A stretch of 64,000 nt of DNA from Nitrospira sp. (lineage in GTDB: Bacteria; Nitrospirota; Nitrospiria; Nitrospirales; Nitrospiraceae). Below the pieces are notes generated by a model, which saw only the letters and a program-made list of their open reading frames with translations, did no database searches and had not been told where the DNA came from. The stretch spans positions 3,264,001 to 3,328,000 of the forward strand of contig AP038806.1 in NCBI GenBank assembly GCA_047150005.1, written 5' to 3'. Positions within the stretch are counted from its first letter, which is position 1. The number at the start of each line of letters is the position of its first letter. The translations under genes were made by a program, and so were the position numbers. Positions 59,333-64,000 of the stretch are shown one piece after another.

Positions 59333-60103
59333 CTAGTGCTGGGCTGTTCCCCACCGGCGATGGAGGAACCGCTCAATCGGGGCGAACAAAGTCTTGTCCA
59401 CCGCGAGACCGATCACGACGATGACCAGCATGACGCCGATGACTTGATCCATCGCATTCAATTCCCGGCCATAATGCAGCAGATGTCCGAGGCCGAACCC
59501 CGTCAGAATCGTTACGAAGATTTCCGCGGCCATGAGTGAGCGCCAGGCGAATGCCCAGCCTTGCTTCATCCCGCTCAGGAGGAAGGGGAGCGCTGCCGGC
59601 AGGACCACATGGGTCCAGGTGTGCAGGCCGGTCGAGCCCATACTCCGTGCCGCGCGTGTGTAGATGGGCGGGATGGTCCTCACGCCGTTGTCGGTCGCGA
59701 TGATCAGCGACCAGAGGGTTCCCATCACGACGACAAAGAGCATGGCGGATTCGGTCTGTCCGAACCAGAGTAAGGCCAGCGGTACCCAACAGACGCTGGG
59801 AAGGGTCTGGAGTCCGAGCGCCAGGATTCCGATCGTGTCGTGACTCCATCGGGAGGATGCCGTCAGGAGGCCGAGAGGAAGACCCACCACAATGCCCAGA
59901 CCATACCCGATGAGCAGCCGCCGAACGGTGACGACGGTGGACTCCCAAAGCGTCCCGTCCTGGGCGGCGCCCCAGAGATAGTCGAAGACGCTGGCGGGGG
60001 AAGGGAGAAGGAGAGGAGACCAGATGTGGGCTTGCACCGCGAGATGCCAGGCGAGGACCAGTCCGACAAAAAAAAGCGCGGCAGAGAGCCATCGCGCGAT
60101 CAT
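59333..60103 (-). CDS. ABC permease, SsuC/TauC/NrtB-like
   Basis: QTLPSVCWVP, AARSMG, LMAAE. Confidence 0.9.
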   Translation of the reverse strand: MIARWLSAALFFVGLVLAWHLAVQAHIWSPLLLPSPASVFDYLWGAAQDGTLWESTVVTVRRLLIGYGLGIVVGLPLGLLTASSRWSHDTIGILALGLQTLPSVCWVPLALLWFGQTESAMLFVVVMGTLWSLIIATDNGVRTIPPIYTRAARSMGSTGLHTWTHVVLPAALPFLLSGMKQGWAFAWRSLMAAEIFVTILTGFGLGHLLHYGRELNAMDQVIGVMLVIVVIGLAVDKTLFAPIERFLHRRWGTAQH

Positions 60104-60906
60104 CCCGCCACCTCCGACTGTACGTACCCTTTCAAGACTCGGGTGATTTCCGTTGCATAGCGGGCGAGTTCCACGCTGTTGATGTCGCGGGGTCTTGGAA
60201 GAGGAATGGCGAATTCTTCGCGAATGCGTCCCGGATGCGGGGAGAAAAGGATGACGCGGTCTCCGAGACAGACGGCCTCGCGCACGTTGTGCGTGACGAA
60301 GACGATGGTCTTGCGATGCTGACTCCAGATGCGCTGGATGTCGCCGTATAGTTGTTCGCGTGTCAACGCATCCAATGCGGCAAACGGCTCATCCATCAGC
60401 AACACGCTGGGCTGCGGTGCCAGCGCCCGGGCCAGCGCCACACGCTGCTTCATACCGCCGGAGAGTTCATGAACGTTGGAGTGCATGAACCGCTTCAAGC
60501 CGACGAGTTCGAGAAAGTACTCAGCCTTCTCCCGACGCTCCGTCGCATTCAATCCGCTGTTGAGTTTCAGGCCGAACAGCACGTTGCCCAGCACCGTGAG
60601 CCACGGGAACAGGGCGGCTTCCTGGAACATCATGAGGCGGTGCGGGCCCGGCCCGGCGATCGGCTGTCCGTCGGCCTGCACGAGGCCGCGGTCGGCCCGG
60701 TCGAGCCCGGCAATGATATTGAGCAACGTCGATTTTCCGCAGCCGCTCGGTCCCACGAGACAGACAAACTCCCCTTCGGCGATGCGAAGCGTGACATCGT
60801 CGAGCGCATGAACGTTCAACGAGCGGGTTTGGAACCACTTCGACACATGTTCGAGAACCAGTTTCGTGTCGACAGCTCGTGCCGGAAGTTCTTGGGGGGC
60901 ATGCAT
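60100..60906 (-). CDS. ABC ATP-binding subunit, SsuB/TauB-like
   Basis: GPSGCGKS, LSGGMKQR, LLMDEPF. Confidence 0.93.
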   Translation of the reverse strand: MHAPQELPARAVDTKLVLEHVSKWFQTRSLNVHALDDVTLRIAEGEFVCLVGPSGCGKSTLLNIIAGLDRADRGLVQADGQPIAGPGPHRLMMFQEAALFPWLTVLGNVLFGLKLNSGLNATERREKAEYFLELVGLKRFMHSNVHELSGGMKQRVALARALAPQPSVLLMDEPFAALDALTREQLYGDIQRIWSQHRKTIVFVTHNVREAVCLGDRVILFSPHPGRIREEFAIPLPRPRDINSVELARYATEITRVLKGYVQSEVAG

Positions 60907-60907
60907 G

Positions 60908-61876
60908 TCAGTGCAGTCTCTCTATCAGCCGGGACAGGTCAGGGACTTTGCGGATGAAACCAGCCTGCTGGGCGTTCGCGACGAAGTGTTGGTATTCCTC
61001 AAGTGAGACGTCGGTGGTCAACGAGATTCGTTTCCAGGCCAGCCCGATCAAATCCGCCGACACTTCCGCGCGGGTCTCGGCGGCCAGTTCCTCTCGGACC
61101 ATTCGCTTCGCTTCGTCCGGGTGGGCGAGAATCCACTCGGTCAATTCTCGATGGGCCTGTGCGAACTTTTTCACCAGTTCACGCTTTGCTTTCAGAAACT
61201 TTACGCTGGAGACGAGGATCGTGATGCTGTCCTTCGATTGTTCGACGAGGACTTTTCCTCCTGCATCGCGCTCCAACCGAGAGACCCATGGTTCCACGGT
61301 CCATACGGCATCGAGTTTTTTGCTCTTGAAGAGCCCAAACTGTTCCGGGTTCGGGGTCGGGACGACAAAGGCGTCACCGCCGGTTTGCGTGATCTTCAAC
61401 CCTCCGTTACTCAGCCACGCTCGGCAGGCGACATCCTGAGTGTTGCCAAGTTGCGGCGTCGCGATGGTCTTTCCGCGAAAATCCGCCGGCTGAGCGAAGC
61501 CGGAGTCCGGCTGGACGACGAGCGCGGCTCCCCCTGCAGCCGCCCCGGCGATGATGCGAATCTCGTCCCCACCGGATTTCGTATAGGTGTTCAACGTGGG
61601 GCTCGGGCCCACGTAGGTGAGGTCGATTGAATCTGCGAGGATCGCTTCCATCGCACTCGGTCCCGCGTTATAGATGTACCATTCGATTTTGACGTCCGTT
61701 CCGAGCCGCTCCTCAAACCAGCCGCGCCCGCCTCGCGAAAGATGCTGTGCGACCAGGCCTTGGACGTGGGTCACGTTGGGAAAATGCCCCACGCGGATCG
61801 TCTCGCCTGCGGCTGCGAAGGTTGGAAGGATAACCATGAACCAGGTGGCAAACGCAATCGAGGTGATGACAGACAT
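60908..61876 (-). CDS. ABC substrate-binding protein, SsuA-like
   Basis: Signal peptide, FPNVTH, YVGPSP, TPQLGNTQD, EPW. Confidence 0.88.
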   Translation of the reverse strand: MSVITSIAFATWFMVILPTFAAAGETIRVGHFPNVTHVQGLVAQHLSRGGRGWFEERLGTDVKIEWYIYNAGPSAMEAILADSIDLTYVGPSPTLNTYTKSGGDEIRIIAGAAAGGAALVVQPDSGFAQPADFRGKTIATPQLGNTQDVACRAWLSNGGLKITQTGGDAFVVPTPNPEQFGLFKSKKLDAVWTVEPWVSRLERDAGGKVLVEQSKDSITILVSSVKFLKAKRELVKKFAQAHRELTEWILAHPDEAKRMVREELAAETRAEVSADLIGLAWKRISLTTDVSLEEYQHFVANAQQAGFIRKVPDLSRLIERLH

Positions 61877-61884
61877 GGTGCTCC

Positions 61885-62655
61885 TTATCGTGATGATTCT
61901 TCATGTATGGCCATGAGAGGTCCATGGTTCCGAAGGGCGCGATCCCATCGGTGGGACGTGACACGGTACAGCGCGGATCTGGCCAGTAAACGTGTGGAAT
62001 CCAGGAGAGGAATCGGCGACAGCTCGTCGGATAGAATCAATGGAAGCTCGGTGCAACCCAAGATGACGGCCTCGGCTCCTCTGGCCGACAGCTCGGCAAT
62101 GACTTCCCGCAGGTATGTGCGCGACCTGGGGTTGATGTATCCTCCGATCAATTCAGTCCGGATAATGTGTTGAATACGGACCCGCGCGTGGGTATCCGGA
62201 ATCACGAGTTCGATTCCTCGTTTTACCAGATGTGGAAGATAAACCGTCCCTTCCATTACGGTCTGGGTGCCGAGAAGCCCTACGCGCCGAAACGTTCGAC
62301 CGGCCGCGTCCTCAGACACCGCTGCGGCGATGTGGAGCCAGGGCACCGGCGAGCGGATCAGGTCGTACGCACGGTGCAGCGTATTGTTGGGGCAGATGAT
62401 TAGATCCGCCCCCGCGAGCGCCAGTTTGCTCGCTGATTGCGATAAGAGATCCGCCACGCCAGGCCAATCGTCCCGATCGATAAGGTCGAAGTACGAGCGA
62501 AGCGAGAACGTGTGGAGCGTGATCTCCGGGTGGGCATGGTGCCCCATGAACTCCTCCGCCTCGTGGCACAATGTCCGATAGCAGAGGGCCGCACCTTCCG
62601 CCGTTCCGGCGACAATGCCGATGTGCGGGGTCTTCGCAAGGGGTGAGTCTGTCAT
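61885..62655 (-). CDS. Aspartate/glutamate racemase family protein
   Basis: ICPNNTLH, VGLLGT, ILGCTELP, DSTRLLA. Confidence 0.85.
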   Translation of the reverse strand: MTDSPLAKTPHIGIVAGTAEGAALCYRTLCHEAEEFMGHHAHPEITLHTFSLRSYFDLIDRDDWPGVADLLSQSASKLALAGADLIICPNNTLHRAYDLIRSPVPWLHIAAAVSEDAAGRTFRRVGLLGTQTVMEGTVYLPHLVKRGIELVIPDTHARVRIQHIIRTELIGGYINPRSRTYLREVIAELSARGAEAVILGCTELPLILSDELSPIPLLDSTRLLARSALYRVTSHRWDRALRNHGPLMAIHEESSR

Positions 62656-62741
62656 AAGGCCTCCTGTTGCCTGTCGGACAGCCGCCGACAGATCGTCAGC
62701 GGCCGCCCGACAGCGACTTACGGATTCGACGGTTTGCCCGG

Positions 62742-63449
62742 TTAGTGCGGCTCCAGCCCCGGATACACGGGGAGGGCTGCCAGTGCGTCCCGATATCGTA
62801 TCTGGAGTTCTTCCCGTTGATCCGGCGAGAACAGCCTGCCTCCCGAACGGACCTTGATCAGGTAGTCCTCGGGCTCGAACGTTACGTTGAACGCAGCCGA
62901 GCGCTCGGGCACGTTCGGCATCTGCCGGTCGTACTTGCTGATGTCCGGCCCGGGACCATGGCGGTCATGAACCTCGCTGAGCGAAAGGTAGAGCGTCCCG
63001 TTACGGATCGACAGCCACCCCGTCGTGCTCTCTTCCTCTCCGTGCTCAGTGGCATGGCTCAGGTGAAAGAACACGCGCTGTGCCGGCGAGGCCTGCGCCA
63101 GCCCTCTCGAGAGGGCTGGCGCCAGGACCGTGATCTCCTCATGGCGAAAGGCGCGCGTGCGATCCGCCTCTCCGGAAAACAGCCGATGGATAAAATTGCG
63201 TTGTTCCCACGCCCGCACGTTGCCGAGTATGGTTCCGATCTCGGTTGTGGAGAGTGTAGCCGGATGCGCATTCGAGGTCGAATCCGGGTCGGCTTCGAGA
63301 CGGACCGTATTGAGTCCCGATTCATAAATGGTTTTCTGCGTCTCCGGCGACGTTCCGGCGCAGCCAACGAGGATGACTCCCATCAGCGCCAGAAACGGCA
63401 GACTCAGCCGGATCACGGTTCGATGGAATGGTCTTGAGATATGGTTCAT
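62742..63449 (-). CDS. Hypothetical lipoprotein
   Basis: Lipobox LVGC; ATGA overlap with modA. Confidence 0.7.
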   Translation of the reverse strand: MNHISRPFHRTVIRLSLPFLALMGVILVGCAGTSPETQKTIYESGLNTVRLEADPDSTSNAHPATLSTTEIGTILGNVRAWEQRNFIHRLFSGEADRTRAFRHEEITVLAPALSRGLAQASPAQRVFFHLSHATEHGEEESTTGWLSIRNGTLYLSLSEVHDRHGPGPDISKYDRQMPNVPERSAAFNVTFEPEDYLIKVRSGGRLFSPDQREELQIRYRDALAALPVYPGLEPH

Positions 63450-64000
63450 GATTTCACCTCCCGTTGCTGCGCAAGTCCCGCTCCCGGTGTGACCTGATCA
63501 AATCCGAATTGCTTCAACTGCTCCTGAATCGGAGCCGACAGCAGGAACTGAATGAAATCTCCGGCGGCCGAGATGTTCTTGGCTGTCCATACCGCTGCGA
63601 CTCCGTATCGCACCGGTGTGTGAGAATCTTCCGGAGCCGTGTCCAGAATCTTGACTTGTGATTCAGCCACGGCATCGGTTCGATACACGACTCCGATTTC
63701 CGCTTCTCCTTTCGCGACGAGGTCGAGAACGGCCCGCGAATGCTCGCCGAATACGTACTGGGACTTCAGTTGTGGTTCCAGTTTGGCGTGTTTGAGAAAC
63801 TGAACCGCCACCTTGCCGACCGACGATGTTTTCGGGTCCCCGATCGCAATGCGTCTGACCGGAATGGTGTGAAGCTCCTGGAGGGAGGCAACAGGAGCCG
63901 GGAACATCTTGCCGGTGATGATGACCAGGGACGTGCCGGCATACACACGTTTCGTTCCCTGAATCACCAAGCTTTTCTTCTCGAGGTATTCGATTTCTTC
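63446..64000 (-). CDS. modA: Molybdate ABC substrate-binding protein, C-terminal part
   Basis: RIAIGDPKTSSVG, GEAEIGVVYRTDA, HTPVRY. Confidence 0.82.
   Translation of the reverse strand, partial: EEIEYLEKKSLVIQGTKRVYAGTSLVIITGKMFPAPVASLQELHTIPVRRIAIGDPKTSSVGKVAVQFLKHAKLEPQLKSQYVFGEHSRAVLDLVAKGEAEIGVVYRTDAVAESQVKILDTAPEDSHTPVRYGVAAVWTAKNISAAGDFIQFLLSAPIQEQLKQFGFDQVTPGAGLAQQREVKS

Overview
GC-rich bacterial chromosomal window. The gene content suggests Nitrospira or a related Nitrospirota genome (form IV RuBisCO-like protein, several c-type cytochromes, stand-alone PilZ proteins); this is inference, not a database result. About 65 CDS are supported, mostly housekeeping or accessory metabolism: T2SS gspC/gspE, an FAD/Fe-S oxidoreductase, two GH15-type proteins, HrpB, a DEAD-box helicase, Ppa, Zwf, acetolactate synthase, an NtrC-type two-component pair, a SsuABC-like ABC transporter and ModA. 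I found no rRNA, tRNA or CRISPR array. The strongest non-obvious signal is an IS30 element (23856-24892, GGA duplication) inserted into a REP-like palindrome of a small repeat element. An uninterrupted inverted copy of that repeat lies at 33217-33368, and the transposase has no stop codon of its own and ends on a TGA in the target. Other notable items are a CTAG-flanked MITE, a 12-bp RBS+ATG tandem array at a cytochrome c start, a MoaD-like protein lacking Gly-Gly next to a tiny diheme cytochrome, and no gspD between gspC and gspE. There are also three decayed genes (NagZ-like with an internal deletion, a META remnant, a truncated surface protein), signal-peptide-bearing versions of normally cytoplasmic families, and an unannotated 45-aa membrane protein.
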